Shown here: positions 7,466 to 17,044 of the stretch, in pieces
How positions within the stretch are numbered: position 1 is the stretch's first letter
How the letters are laid out: each line of letters begins with the position of its first letter
Virus genome (UHGV): UHGV-0134179
Length of the DNA: 24,963 bases
Reading direction: 5' to 3' (one strand)
From: a virus
Made by a program: the position numbers and the translations under genes
Notes under the pieces: model-generated
Seen by the model: only the letters and a program-made list of their open reading frames with translations
The model's database searches: none
What the model was told of the DNA's origin: nothing

Positions 7466-8007
7466 ATGCTTCCGCAATACGACACATGGTCGTGGCCGCG
7501 CTGAAAGATAAAACGGCTGCCGCCGATCGTGTTTATTCCCCGCGTGACTGGGCAACTTCGCCGGACCTGTACCCAGCGTTGCTTGTTCAGACGCCATTTG
7601 ATCACAAAAAGGCGCAGGGGCGAAATGTCCCGGCCTTTACCTCTTTGACCACCGTTCGCATTACTGGCCGGGTTCAGGAGTACGACAGTGAAACCACTGA
7701 TGATGGCGCCATGCGCGCGGAGGTTGCGCTGGAAGAGCTCCGGGAACAGGTAGAAAGGGCGGTGATTAACAGCTACGAGTTAACCCGGAACATCCAGAAA
7801 TATGCGGAGGTCCGCTCGACGATTGATGTTGATGCGGATGGTGAAGCGCATATGGGCCAGCTGCTTATCGAAATTGATATTGAGCACTATCAGGGACCGG
7901 AAGACTTTTATCCGGTCGATACGGTGCCGCTGGCGGGGATCGACATCACCATCGACATGCCGGACGGTACGCCGCAGCCGGGCGTAAAAATAGACCTTCA
8001 GGAGTAA
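7462..8007 (+). CDS. putative neck / tail-completion protein (Mu gp37-like position)
   Basis: 181 aa; 4-nt overlap with the previous gene; position between connector and sheath genes. Confidence 0.5.
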   Translation: MNASAIRHMVVAALKDKTAAADRVYSPRDWATSPDLYPALLVQTPFDHKKAQGRNVPAFTSLTTVRITGRVQEYDSETTDDGAMRAEVALEELREQVERAVINSYELTRNIQKYAEVRSTIDVDADGEAHMGQLLIEIDIEHYQGPEDFYPVDTVPLAGIDITIDMPDGTPQPGVKIDLQE

Positions 8008-8009
8008 TC

Positions 8010-8195
8010 ATGTTTGTAAAACCGAAGGACGGGCTCAGCGTTCGCTGCCCTGTCAGGGGGGAGCCTTTGCCTAAAGATGGCGCGGAGGTACCTGATAATA
8101 CGTTCTGGCGTCGCCGCCTGAAGGATGGCGACGTCAGTCTGGTACCGGAAAAGGGCGTTAAAAACGCCGTAAAAAAAGAGGGCGTAATTAAATGA
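8010..8195 (+). CDS. small conserved protein upstream of tail sheath (DUF2635-like)
   Basis: 61 aa; GLSVRCPVRGEPLPKDGAEVPDNTFWRRRLKDGDVSLV matches my recollection of the small protein preceding sheath genes in Mu-like prophages; overlaps the sheath start by 4 nt. Confidence 0.5.
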   Translation: MFVKPKDGLSVRCPVRGEPLPKDGAEVPDNTFWRRRLKDGDVSLVPEKGVKNAVKKEGVIK

Positions 8196-9703
8196 CCGTT
8201 CCATTTTCGCGAGTTCCCGGCAATTTACGTGTGCCGCTTTTTTATGTGGAGTTTGATAACTCCATGGCCAACACGGCGACGGCTACACAACGAACGCTGT
8301 TGATTGGTCAGATGCTGGCATCAGGCTCTACACAGGAAAAAATCCCGGTAAAAGTCTCCTCTCCCAATGCGGTGGGTGAGCTCACCGGAAAAGGATCAAT
8401 GCTGCATGGCATGATGACGGCGTATCAAAAAAACGATACTGCTGCGGAGGTCTGGATCCTTCCGCTGGCTGATGATGCGGATTCGATGGCAGTGGCAACT
8501 GGCAGTATCAAGGTTGCCACACAGGCGGCAGAAACCGGCGTTATCTCTCTTTATATTGCTGGCGTTCGCGTACAACTGACCGTACTGGCGACTGACACTC
8601 CGGCTCAGATTGCCACTGCGCTGGTCGCGGCGATTACCCGCAAAACGGAACTGCCGGTGACAGCTGCTGTAAAAGCCGATGCAACGGATACCGTGACACT
8701 GACGGCCAAAAATGCCGGGTTGCTGGGCAATGGTATTGATATCAGGCTGAATTATCTCGGTGTTCAGGGTGGTGAGGTGACGCCCGCGGGCCTGACACTC
8801 ACCATCACGGGCATGACCGGCGGCGCCGGCGCGCCGGATTTTGTTGATGCCCTTGGCAACCTGCAGGATAAGACCTTTGATTTTGTCATCAACCCTTATT
8901 ATGACACCGCATCACTGGATGCCATCAGAGAATTTCTGAACGATGCAACCGGCCGCTGGGCATGGGATAAACAGCTTTATGGCCACGCATTCACCACTAC
9001 CAACGGCACTTACGCCGAGCTTGGCACCAAAGGGGAAACCCGTAATAACCAGCATGAGTCACTGCTTGGCGTGTACCGCTCACCATCACCGCGTTATATC
9101 TGGGCGGCGGCACTGACAGGGGCCGCTGCACCCAGCCTGCGTAATGACCCCGGACGCCCGCTACAAAGTCTGCCTGTTTATGGCGTGCTGGCACCGGACC
9201 TGGCGGATCGCTTTGAACTGACAGAGCGCAATAACCTGCTGTACAGCGGCATCTCCACTTACACCGTGGGTGATGACGGTACGGTGATGATTGAAAACCT
9301 GATTACCACCTACCAGAAAAACAGCTATGGCGACGAAGACGACAGTTACCTGCAGGTGGAAACGCTCTTCAGCCTGATGTTTGTCACACGATATCTCCGC
9401 ACTGCAGTGACCAGTAAATTTGGTCGCATGAAGCTGGCCGCGGATGGCACGCGTTTTGCGCCGGGGGCGGCGATTGTGACGCCAAACATCATCAGAGCCG
9501 ATCAGATCGCGGAATACCAGACGCTGGTCTTTAACGGCTACGCGCAGGACGCTGAGGCCTTCGCCAGAAACATTATCGTGGAGCAGAACAAAACAAACCC
9601 GAACCGCGTCGATGTGTTGTGGCCGGGAACGCTTATGAACCAGTTGCGCATCTTCGCGCTGCTTAACCAGTTCCGCCTGCAGGCTGAATCAACAGGAGCA
9701 TAA
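8192..9703 (+). CDS. contractile tail sheath protein (Mu gpL-like)
   Basis: 503 aa; position and size; followed by tube, chaperone and tape-measure genes in Mu order. Confidence 0.8.
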   Translation: MTVPFSRVPGNLRVPLFYVEFDNSMANTATATQRTLLIGQMLASGSTQEKIPVKVSSPNAVGELTGKGSMLHGMMTAYQKNDTAAEVWILPLADDADSMAVATGSIKVATQAAETGVISLYIAGVRVQLTVLATDTPAQIATALVAAITRKTELPVTAAVKADATDTVTLTAKNAGLLGNGIDIRLNYLGVQGGEVTPAGLTLTITGMTGGAGAPDFVDALGNLQDKTFDFVINPYYDTASLDAIREFLNDATGRWAWDKQLYGHAFTTTNGTYAELGTKGETRNNQHESLLGVYRSPSPRYIWAAALTGAAAPSLRNDPGRPLQSLPVYGVLAPDLADRFELTERNNLLYSGISTYTVGDDGTVMIENLITTYQKNSYGDEDDSYLQVETLFSLMFVTRYLRTAVTSKFGRMKLAADGTRFAPGAAIVTPNIIRADQIAEYQTLVFNGYAQDAEAFARNIIVEQNKTNPNRVDVLWPGTLMNQLRIFALLNQFRLQAESTGA

Positions 9704-9706
9704 AAC

Positions 9707-10078
9707 ATGGCTGGAGATACCACTAATCGCCTGGCAGGTACCGCTTATGTCACCGTAAACGGGGTGACAGTTATGGTGGAGGGCTCATTCAAGTATCAGA
9801 CCTCCACTGTTAACCGTACCACGCTGACAGGCATGGACGGTGTGCATGGCTACAAAGAAAAGCCGGTTGCCCCGTATATTTCTGCCCGTCTTCGCGACAG
9901 CGGCGGTACCAACGTATTGGGTTTTAACAAACAGACGAACGTCAACGTGATCGCCGAACTGGCGAACGGAAAGACTATTATCGGTCGCGCGCTATGGACG
10001 GTGAACGTTCAGGAAGTGGAAAGCGAAGATGCAGTGTTTGATGTTCGCTGGGAAGGCCGGGACGTAACGGAGAACTAA
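9707..10078 (+). CDS. tail tube protein (Mu gpM-like)
   Basis: 123 aa; immediately after the sheath gene. Confidence 0.7.
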   Translation: MAGDTTNRLAGTAYVTVNGVTVMVEGSFKYQTSTVNRTTLTGMDGVHGYKEKPVAPYISARLRDSGGTNVLGFNKQTNVNVIAELANGKTIIGRALWTVNVQEVESEDAVFDVRWEGRDVTEN

Positions 10079-10079
10079 G

Positions 10080-10358
10080 ATGGCAGAACTTGAACGCACC
10101 AAAGTCATTCCCCTCATCAAGCCTCTGGTCGATGAGGCGCAAAAAACACGCTATGAGCAACTGGAGCTGAAGGCGCCGACGCTCAGCCAGGCAGAGCAGT
10201 TCTACGAAAAGCAGGCATCGTCTACTTCACTGGCGGCGATGCGCCTGCTGATCTCGCTGGTCACGGATACGCGGGAAAGTGTGCTTCAGCCGATGGATTT
10301 TATCGACTTCCGAAAATGCGAGGAGTTTTTGCTCGGTTTTTTGACCTGGAAGCCCTGA
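10080..10358 (+). CDS. tail assembly chaperone (short form)
   Basis: 92 aa acidic protein between tube and tape-measure genes; overlapped at its 3' end by a -1 frame ORF running to the tape-measure start. Confidence 0.6.
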   Translation: MAELERTKVIPLIKPLVDEAQKTRYEQLELKAPTLSQAEQFYEKQASSTSLAAMRLLISLVTDTRESVLQPMDFIDFRKCEEFLLGFLTWKP

Positions 10359-10507
10359 CCGCCTGGCAGGAAACGGCGGCTGACGTCACATTTTATTTCC
10401 GCTGGACAGAAGACAGGGCATGGGGCATGACCTATGCCCGTCTGAAGTGGTGGGTATCGCAGGCCTCCCGTATCAATAAACTCAGGAATCCCGAACCCGA
10501 TGAGTAA
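10337..10507 (+). other. putative programmed -1 ribosomal frameshift site and extension giving a long-form chaperone (G/GT-like)
   Basis: Slippery heptamer T_TTT_TTG at 10337-10343 in the zero frame of the chaperone, 15 nt before its stop; the -1 frame stays open to 10507 and overlaps the tape-measure ATG. Confidence 0.45.
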
Positions 10508-12353
10508 TTCTTTCGACTTTGAGCTGGTGGCCAGCGACCAGGCGACGGAAGCCATTGAGCGTATCAATGAGGCTATCCGTGATCTGGAACCAAAGCTGGA
10601 TAAAACCAAAGAGGGACTCCAGTTAGGAGGGCAGGAGACCCTCGATGGACTGAACGGCTTTATTTCCCGCTTCGAAAATCTGTCCAAAAATGCCCGTGAT
10701 AATGTTCAGTACATCGGGGACATGGTACCGCCGCTGAAGATGGTCGGTGAGCTCTCCGGTAAGCTGGCATCGCTGGGGGTGGTTGGAGCGGCGGGATATG
10801 GGCTAAAACAGATTGCCTACGGTTTCCATGAGGCCTCAAGGGAAGCCTATAACCTCGATGTCGCCGCGAAAAATGCGGGTATGCGAGTGGACGATTTTTC
10901 CCGCCTGTCCGGTGCCATGCGGATACTGGGTGCTGATGGCGACAGTGCAAATTCCTCCATCGAGGGGATGGCTAAAAGCCTGAAGGAGGCCGCCAGCGGT
11001 GCCAACAGCCAGGTGCTCGGCGCATTGTCACAGATTGGCGTTCAGATCCAGAAAAACAACGATGGATCCGTTGATACGCTGAGAACGCTGGAGTCGATAG
11101 CACGCGTTTTCCCGAGTCTGCGACCGGACCAGCAGAAATCAGTTTCCGATGCCCTCGGGTTGACGCCGGAAATGCTGGCGCTGATGCGTGAAGGCGTACG
11201 GATGAAAGCATTGCTGGCTAAATCTGATGAACTTGGCCTGACGGTTGATCCGGAACTTAACCGGCAATTGTCCGAGGTTAACGGCTCCATGAATGAGCTG
11301 GGCGCTGCATGGGATGGGCTGAAAAACCGTTCGAAAAACTCTCTGTTTAAGGGATTGCTTTCCGATGGATCGGTGAAAGACGGTCTTGAAGGTGTGACCG
11401 ACTTGTTCACGAATGGCGATTTCACCGGGCTGTCGCATGCGCTGGGGTTTATCAGTAGCAAGGATGCCGGGAAGCTACGCCGCATTCAGGGTGATAAGGC
11501 GCTGTATAACACCCTTTCCCGGCGCGAGCGCGGAGCGGTGGATGCCGGCTTTATGACTGATGCCGTCCGTAAACGCTACGACGCGCAATATGGCGCCGGG
11601 GACAGAGCTGAACAACTCCGAAATGATTTGTCTGTCATCCTGCCAGCAGGTGCAGCAGCTCCACGCAGAGAAGTGAATTACAGCCAGCCATCTAACCAGG
11701 CACTAGGCCTGAGAAATAATAACCCCGGCAATCTCCGGATAGCGCCTAATGCGACCGGGGTGAATCGTGGTTTCGTCACTTATGACAACAGCAGCGACGG
11801 GCTGGCGGCAATGGCCCGGCAACTGATGTTATATGGCGATCGTGGGAATAACACGCTGAACAGCATGATCCACACTTATGCGCCACGCTCGGAAAATGAT
11901 ACGCAGTCCTATATCAATTCAGTATCGGCCGCGACAGGTATTCAACCCCAGCAGCGGGTGGATCTGCATAACCCGGAGGTGCTGAAGTCAGTCATGGCGG
12001 CCATGATTCAGCATGAGAATGGGGCGCAGCCATATTCTGAAGATGAGATACGGGCGGCAATTCAGACGGCTATCAGTGATCCGCGCTGGTCTGGTCTTCG
12101 TGACAGCCGAGTGCTCAGCCAGCAGAGAGAGAACATCCTCGTACCGCAACCGGACAAGTTTAACAGTTCCTCAATCCTGACAGCTTCCGGTAATGGGAGA
12201 GACACTGTCAGTGAAAACCTGACCCGGTCTCTCAAAGAGGCGATGGCCGATCAGAAAATGAAGCTGGAAATCACCCTGGTCAATGATAAGGGGGAGAAGA
12301 AAACCTATAACGTCGAGGATAACGGCAGAATAACAACCGCCATGAATTACTAA
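10500..12353 (+). CDS. tail tape measure protein
   Basis: 617 aa; largest ORF of the tail block; directly downstream of the frameshifted chaperone pair. Confidence 0.75.
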   Translation: MSNSFDFELVASDQATEAIERINEAIRDLEPKLDKTKEGLQLGGQETLDGLNGFISRFENLSKNARDNVQYIGDMVPPLKMVGELSGKLASLGVVGAAGYGLKQIAYGFHEASREAYNLDVAAKNAGMRVDDFSRLSGAMRILGADGDSANSSIEGMAKSLKEAASGANSQVLGALSQIGVQIQKNNDGSVDTLRTLESIARVFPSLRPDQQKSVSDALGLTPEMLALMREGVRMKALLAKSDELGLTVDPELNRQLSEVNGSMNELGAAWDGLKNRSKNSLFKGLLSDGSVKDGLEGVTDLFTNGDFTGLSHALGFISSKDAGKLRRIQGDKALYNTLSRRERGAVDAGFMTDAVRKRYDAQYGAGDRAEQLRNDLSVILPAGAAAPRREVNYSQPSNQALGLRNNNPGNLRIAPNATGVNRGFVTYDNSSDGLAAMARQLMLYGDRGNNTLNSMIHTYAPRSENDTQSYINSVSAATGIQPQQRVDLHNPEVLKSVMAAMIQHENGAQPYSEDEIRAAIQTAISDPRWSGLRDSRVLSQQRENILVPQPDKFNSSSILTASGNGRDTVSENLTRSLKEAMADQKMKLEITLVNDKGEKKTYNVEDNGRITTAMNY

Positions 12354-12361
12354 CCCTATTA

Positions 12362-12384
12362 AACCGCCACCCTGGCGGTTTTTT
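12362..12384 (+). terminator. terminator-like hairpin between the tape-measure and N genes
   Basis: AACCGCCA-CCC-TGGCGGTT stem-loop followed by TTTT, then an AGGAGG RBS and ATG at 12400. Confidence 0.45.
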
Positions 12385-12399
12385 AATTCAGGAGGCCTG

Positions 12400-13800
12400 A
12401 TGGCAATTATCCAGGATGCAATAACTTCTCTGATGGGGGGCGGTGGTAGTGAGGACTGGTTGAGCCAGCTACGTCCCGGCTCGTTCCGGGGCGTGCCTTT
12501 TGCTGTGGTGAATGAGGAAGGCAGTCATGGCCGGCGGCAGGCGGTTCATGAATATCCATACCGTGATACCGCCTGGATTGAGGATATGGGGCGCGGGACA
12601 CGGCGATTTATTATCCGTGGCTTTATCGTCCAGAACAGTCTGGTATACGGCGGTGGCGACGTTATTTCTCAGCGCCAGTCATTGATCAATGCGTGTGAAG
12701 CTAAGGGGAGCGGTACGCTCATTCACCCCACGCTGGGGGAGATGACCGTTTCAATACCTGAGAACGGTTTAAGGCTTTCCGGCTCCGCCGACAACGGCCG
12801 TTCGTTTGAATTTACCCTGATGGTCATTGAGTCGGGGTTAAAGGTCTTTGCCGTTACCGACAGTGCCGCCGCGGGGGATACCGTTGGCACCAACTTTCTG
12901 AAGCTGGTTAGTACGACGGTTGCCAGTACCCTCGCGAGAATTAAAAGCGAGATCCGTGGTGTGTCGCAGGGGATTCAGACCATCAGGGGAACCGTGACGT
13001 TCTGGACCAATATGGTGGATAACACCATCAGTGAGGTAACAAACGTCAGTAACGTGCTGGATTCTACTTTCGGGAATAATCGTTACGGGCGTTACAGCAA
13101 GGGGACCGTAGGCGGGAGCTCTTCGGGTATTAACGGCAATCGTGATGCCGATGACTCAGAAGACCATCAGGCATTGTCTGAACAGGTTACCGCCCGGGCG
13201 GTGATGGATCGCCAGGCTGTGCTCGCTACAACGGCTGCACTGAATGAATCTGTATTGGTCGAGGAATTTGTTCAGGGCGTTGCCGATGTGATTAATCGCA
13301 TTCTGTCCAGCGCCGGTAGCGTGAGTGACAAAATTGCCGCATTTGAAAAACTGGCGGCTTCAACCAGTACCGGATACCAGCGTTCCGAAAGCAGCCAGCA
13401 ACTGGCTGGCACCATGAACACGCTGATCGTAGTGCTATGTACCGGAGCCATGACGGATGCTGCTGCAGATTACAACCCAACCAGTCGTAATGAGGCCGAA
13501 GAAATCACTCAACGCGTAGCCGGGCAACTGGATACCGCGTTACTACTGGCGGGCGACCGTGGCGATGATGATCTTTATACGGCATTGATGGGCGTGAGAA
13601 CCGCTTTTCTGAATACCATGGCTCAGACTTCAGCCGGGCTGAGTGAGTTGATGCAAATAAATACCGCGGTGCCGGTTCCTGCCCTGGTACTGGCCAACCG
13701 CCTGTATCAGGATGCCTCGCGGGCAAATGAACTGATACAGGAGGCCAGCGTACCGCATCCGGCATTTATGCCGACGACGATGAAGGTGTTGAGACAATGA
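12400..13800 (+). CDS. DNA circularization protein N-like tail protein (Mu gpN-like)
   Basis: 466 aa; N-terminal WLSQLRPGSFRGVPF matches the recalled conserved N-terminus of Mu N-family proteins. Confidence 0.75.
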   Translation: MAIIQDAITSLMGGGGSEDWLSQLRPGSFRGVPFAVVNEEGSHGRRQAVHEYPYRDTAWIEDMGRGTRRFIIRGFIVQNSLVYGGGDVISQRQSLINACEAKGSGTLIHPTLGEMTVSIPENGLRLSGSADNGRSFEFTLMVIESGLKVFAVTDSAAAGDTVGTNFLKLVSTTVASTLARIKSEIRGVSQGIQTIRGTVTFWTNMVDNTISEVTNVSNVLDSTFGNNRYGRYSKGTVGGSSSGINGNRDADDSEDHQALSEQVTARAVMDRQAVLATTAALNESVLVEEFVQGVADVINRILSSAGSVSDKIAAFEKLAASTSTGYQRSESSQQLAGTMNTLIVVLCTGAMTDAAADYNPTSRNEAEEITQRVAGQLDTALLLAGDRGDDDLYTALMGVRTAFLNTMAQTSAGLSELMQINTAVPVPALVLANRLYQDASRANELIQEASVPHPAFMPTTMKVLRQ

Positions 13801-14882
13801 GTACGGATAATGATCAGGATATTGTCTCCCTGACAGTGGGCGGAAAAATCATTGAAGGATGGGACTCTGTGCGGGTGACCCGTGGCATTGAGCGTTTTCC
13901 CTCCGATTTTGACCTGGGACTGATGGATTATTTTCCGGGAAGTGACCAGAAGCAGCTGGTAAAGGAAGGGATGTCTTGTCAGGTAAAGCTTGGTAACGAC
14001 CTGGTCGTGACGGGGTATGTTGATGACTGGTCGCCTGCTATTTCCCGTTCGCGCCATGAAGTCAGAGCCTCAGGCCGCAGTAAGTGCGCAGATCTCGTGG
14101 ATTGCTCTGCTGAATGGCCAAATAACGTCATCAATAACAGTAATGCGCTTGATATAGCCTCCCGCCTCGCATCCCATTACAACATTGGAGTAAGTACAGA
14201 CGTTGATGATCTGGTGAAAGTCCCGCAATTTTCCCTGAACTGGGGGGAATCGCCACAGGAAATACTTGATCGTGTCTCCCGCTGGTCGGCATTGCTTTAT
14301 TACGATCAGCCTGACGGTAACTTATTTCTGACCCGGGTGGGGACAAAGCGCGCGGCCAGCGGTATCGCAGAAGGGGTAAATATCGAACAGGCTTATTACC
14401 GCCGTTCGATGGCTGACCGCTTTTCTGATTACGTCGGCGTATCGATGAGCATTTCGCCGATTGCAGGATTCTCGCCTGATACGGCTTATGATTCGGTGAC
14501 GCTGGCGACGGCCCGCGATCCTGAGGCGGCCAGTATGCGTTACCGAAAACGGATCATTATTGTTGAAAGTACACTGATGGCTTCACAACAGGCTCAGCGA
14601 GCGATTGACTGGGAGATGAACCGCCGATACGGCCGTTCCCGTCAGTTAACGGTGACGATTGATTCCTGGCGCGATAAATCCGGGAAATTATGGGAGCCGA
14701 ATACGCTTATCCCGGTCAACATCCCGAGTCTGCAGCTGCCTGACACCGAAATGCTTATCGCAGAGGTGACTTATATCAGAAACAGTGACGGCACCCATGC
14801 GCGCCTTTATCTGATGCCCCCGGCGGCTTTCGCTGTCCAGCCTTATGCTTTTTACCAGCAAATACCCGGACTAAACCAATGA
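13797..14882 (+). CDS. tail/baseplate protein (Mu gpP / P2 gpD-like)
   Basis: 361 aa; 4-nt overlap with N; position before the spike gene. Confidence 0.7.
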   Translation: MSTDNDQDIVSLTVGGKIIEGWDSVRVTRGIERFPSDFDLGLMDYFPGSDQKQLVKEGMSCQVKLGNDLVVTGYVDDWSPAISRSRHEVRASGRSKCADLVDCSAEWPNNVINNSNALDIASRLASHYNIGVSTDVDDLVKVPQFSLNWGESPQEILDRVSRWSALLYYDQPDGNLFLTRVGTKRAASGIAEGVNIEQAYYRRSMADRFSDYVGVSMSISPIAGFSPDTAYDSVTLATARDPEAASMRYRKRIIIVESTLMASQQAQRAIDWEMNRRYGRSRQLTVTIDSWRDKSGKLWEPNTLIPVNIPSLQLPDTEMLIAEVTYIRNSDGTHARLYLMPPAAFAVQPYAFYQQIPGLNQ

Positions 14883-15460
14883 ATCAAAATTTAAAGAAAT
14901 CGGCCACACGCATCGCCGGCATGCTGGGCATTGGCCGTATTACCACGCAGAGAGATAGCGGGGTTGTGCAGGAAATCCAGTACCAGACTCCGCTGGAAGT
15001 GGCCAGCGCCCCGCGGCTCTCTGATTTTGGTTTTTCATCGGGGTTACCGGCGGGATCGGATGTGCTTATTGCCTTTCTCGGTGGGGACCGCTCCAGTCCC
15101 GTCGTCATTGCCTCTAACCATCAAAGCTTCCGGTATACCGGGCTTAAGCCAGGCGAAACCGTGGTCTATAACCAGCAGGGGATGAATATTCATCTGACCG
15201 AGGAGGGGATTTTCATTGATGCGAAAGGCAAAGATGTAGAGATCAATAATGCCAGAAACATCACCGCGACGGCAACGGAACAGGTAAAGCTGGTTACCCC
15301 CAAACTCCTGGTGACGGGTGACATCATCGATAACTGCGAGACGAACAATTCAACGCTCAAAGCGCTGCGGGATGCTCACAACAATCATGACCATGACGTT
15401 AAAGAAGTTCAGTCCGGCGATAGCAAGATCACAAGCGAAAAAACAGAGAGTCAGGTATGA
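14879..15460 (+). CDS. baseplate spike / assembly protein V-like
   Basis: 193 aa; VLIAFLGGDRSSPVVIAS resembles the gpV OB-fold motif; His-rich C-terminal HNNHDHD. Confidence 0.7.
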   Translation: MNQNLKKSATRIAGMLGIGRITTQRDSGVVQEIQYQTPLEVASAPRLSDFGFSSGLPAGSDVLIAFLGGDRSSPVVIASNHQSFRYTGLKPGETVVYNQQGMNIHLTEEGIFIDAKGKDVEINNARNITATATEQVKLVTPKLLVTGDIIDNCETNNSTLKALRDAHNNHDHDVKEVQSGDSKITSEKTESQV

Positions 15461-15906
15461 GTGATATTTCCTCATTCTGGGATGTGGATGCCATTCATGC
15501 TGACTGGCAAACCGGTAACGGCGTACTGACATCTGAGAATGATATGCACACGGCCATTATTATCAGTTTGTTTACTGACGGACTGGCGCGCGCTGATGAT
15601 GATTATGAAGGAACTGACCGCCGCGGCTGGTGGGGGGATCTGGACAACGACCGGAATATTGGCTCAAGGCTGTGGCTACTGCGGCGTGAAAAACTGACGC
15701 GCGAAGTGGCGATGAGAGCTGAAGATTACGCCGAAGAGGCTCTGGCCTGGATGAAGTCGGATGGTATTGCAGCAGCGATAGAGGCTCAGTCAGAGATTGT
15801 TTTCCCGAACAGGCTGAACCTCATCATCCGGTATTTGCCGCCGACGGGGGACTGGCAGGAGTTCAAATTCTTCTGGCTATGGGAGCAACTGAATAATGCC
15901 ATTTAA
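15457..15906 (+). CDS. baseplate protein (GPW / gp25-like, Mu gp46-like)
   Basis: 149 aa; size and position between spike and J-like genes. Confidence 0.65.
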   Translation: MSDISSFWDVDAIHADWQTGNGVLTSENDMHTAIIISLFTDGLARADDDYEGTDRRGWWGDLDNDRNIGSRLWLLRREKLTREVAMRAEDYAEEALAWMKSDGIAAAIEAQSEIVFPNRLNLIIRYLPPTGDWQEFKFFWLWEQLNNAI

Positions 15907-17044
15907 GCGGAAAACACTGAGCGAGCTCCGGCAGGAGAATCGCCAGTTTATGCAGGCAGAGCTTGAAAGTGTTGGCGCGTTGTTACGGTTTGGCAACCTT
16001 AAGGTGCTCGCTGATATGGATGCGGGCATGGCCCATCTGCACTACGCCTACCTGGATTATATTGCCCGTCAGAGCACGCCTTTCACCTCTACCGATGAGT
16101 GGCTTGCCGGATGGATGGCGCTAAAGCAGATTTACCGAAAAGCCGCAACGGCAGCACGCTCTCCGGCGGCGAAAGTTACCGGAACACCGGGAAAAACACT
16201 GTCAAAAGGGGCTGTGTTAAACCGTGATGATGGTTACCAGTACATAACCGATGACGCCATAACGATAAATACCACTGGCAGTGCGACGGTCGCCGTAACA
16301 GCGGTTTTGCCGGATATCACAGACGATGTGACAGGAGGAGGCGCTTCCGGAAATGCCGATGCTGGCACCATTCTTACACTGGATGCTAATGCCCCCGGCA
16401 TAGACAGCTCGGTCACGCTGATTGAGCCTGCCACCGGCGGCGCTAACATTGAAAGTGAAGAGGATTTCCGATTACGTGGTCTGCTGGCGTATCAGAATCC
16501 CCCGCAGGGAGGGAGTGACACTGATTATAAAAGCTGGGCTTTATCCGTGTCGGGGATCACCAGGGCATGGATACGGCGCCGGGGGATGGGGCCGGGTACC
16601 GTGGTGATTTACATCATGTGCGACGGCGATGATAAAACCAATCATGGATTCCCTGTAGGAACTGACGGTGTCTCTCAACTGGAAGAGTGGGGGGCTGTAA
16701 AAGCCACCGGGGATCAGGGGAGAGTTGCCGATTATATGTATCCGCTTGCGCCGGTTACCTCCCTTAACTATGTCTGCTCTCCCATCGAACGCGTTATCGA
16801 TTTTGAAATAAGCGGGATATCTGATGCCGACAGCGCAACGACTGCGGCCATTGCTGATGCGATTGACGGGGTATTGTTTGAATCTGCTAACCCGCTCGGC
16901 ACAGGGAAAATTTACCTTTCAGATCTCAACCGCGCAATAGGGGATGTTGCCGGTACTTCAGGTTATATCCTTGTGTCGCCTTCTGCGAATATTGAGCCGG
17001 GAGTTGGGGAGCTGGCTGTTCGTGGCGAGGTGAACTACACATGA
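15896..17044 (+). CDS. baseplate J-like protein (Mu gp47-like)
   Basis: 382 aa; position in the Mu-type order. Confidence 0.75.
   Translation: MPFKRKTLSELRQENRQFMQAELESVGALLRFGNLKVLADMDAGMAHLHYAYLDYIARQSTPFTSTDEWLAGWMALKQIYRKAATAARSPAAKVTGTPGKTLSKGAVLNRDDGYQYITDDAITINTTGSATVAVTAVLPDITDDVTGGGASGNADAGTILTLDANAPGIDSSVTLIEPATGGANIESEEDFRLRGLLAYQNPPQGGSDTDYKSWALSVSGITRAWIRRRGMGPGTVVIYIMCDGDDKTNHGFPVGTDGVSQLEEWGAVKATGDQGRVADYMYPLAPVTSLNYVCSPIERVIDFEISGISDADSATTAAIADAIDGVLFESANPLGTGKIYLSDLNRAIGDVAGTSGYILVSPSANIEPGVGELAVRGEVNYT

Noticed and set aside
10660-11485. Several minus-strand ORFs (79-147 aa) inside the tape-measure gene
   Set aside because: Fully embedded in a long, well-supported plus-strand gene within a tightly packed operon; typical shadow ORFs in GC-rich DNA.
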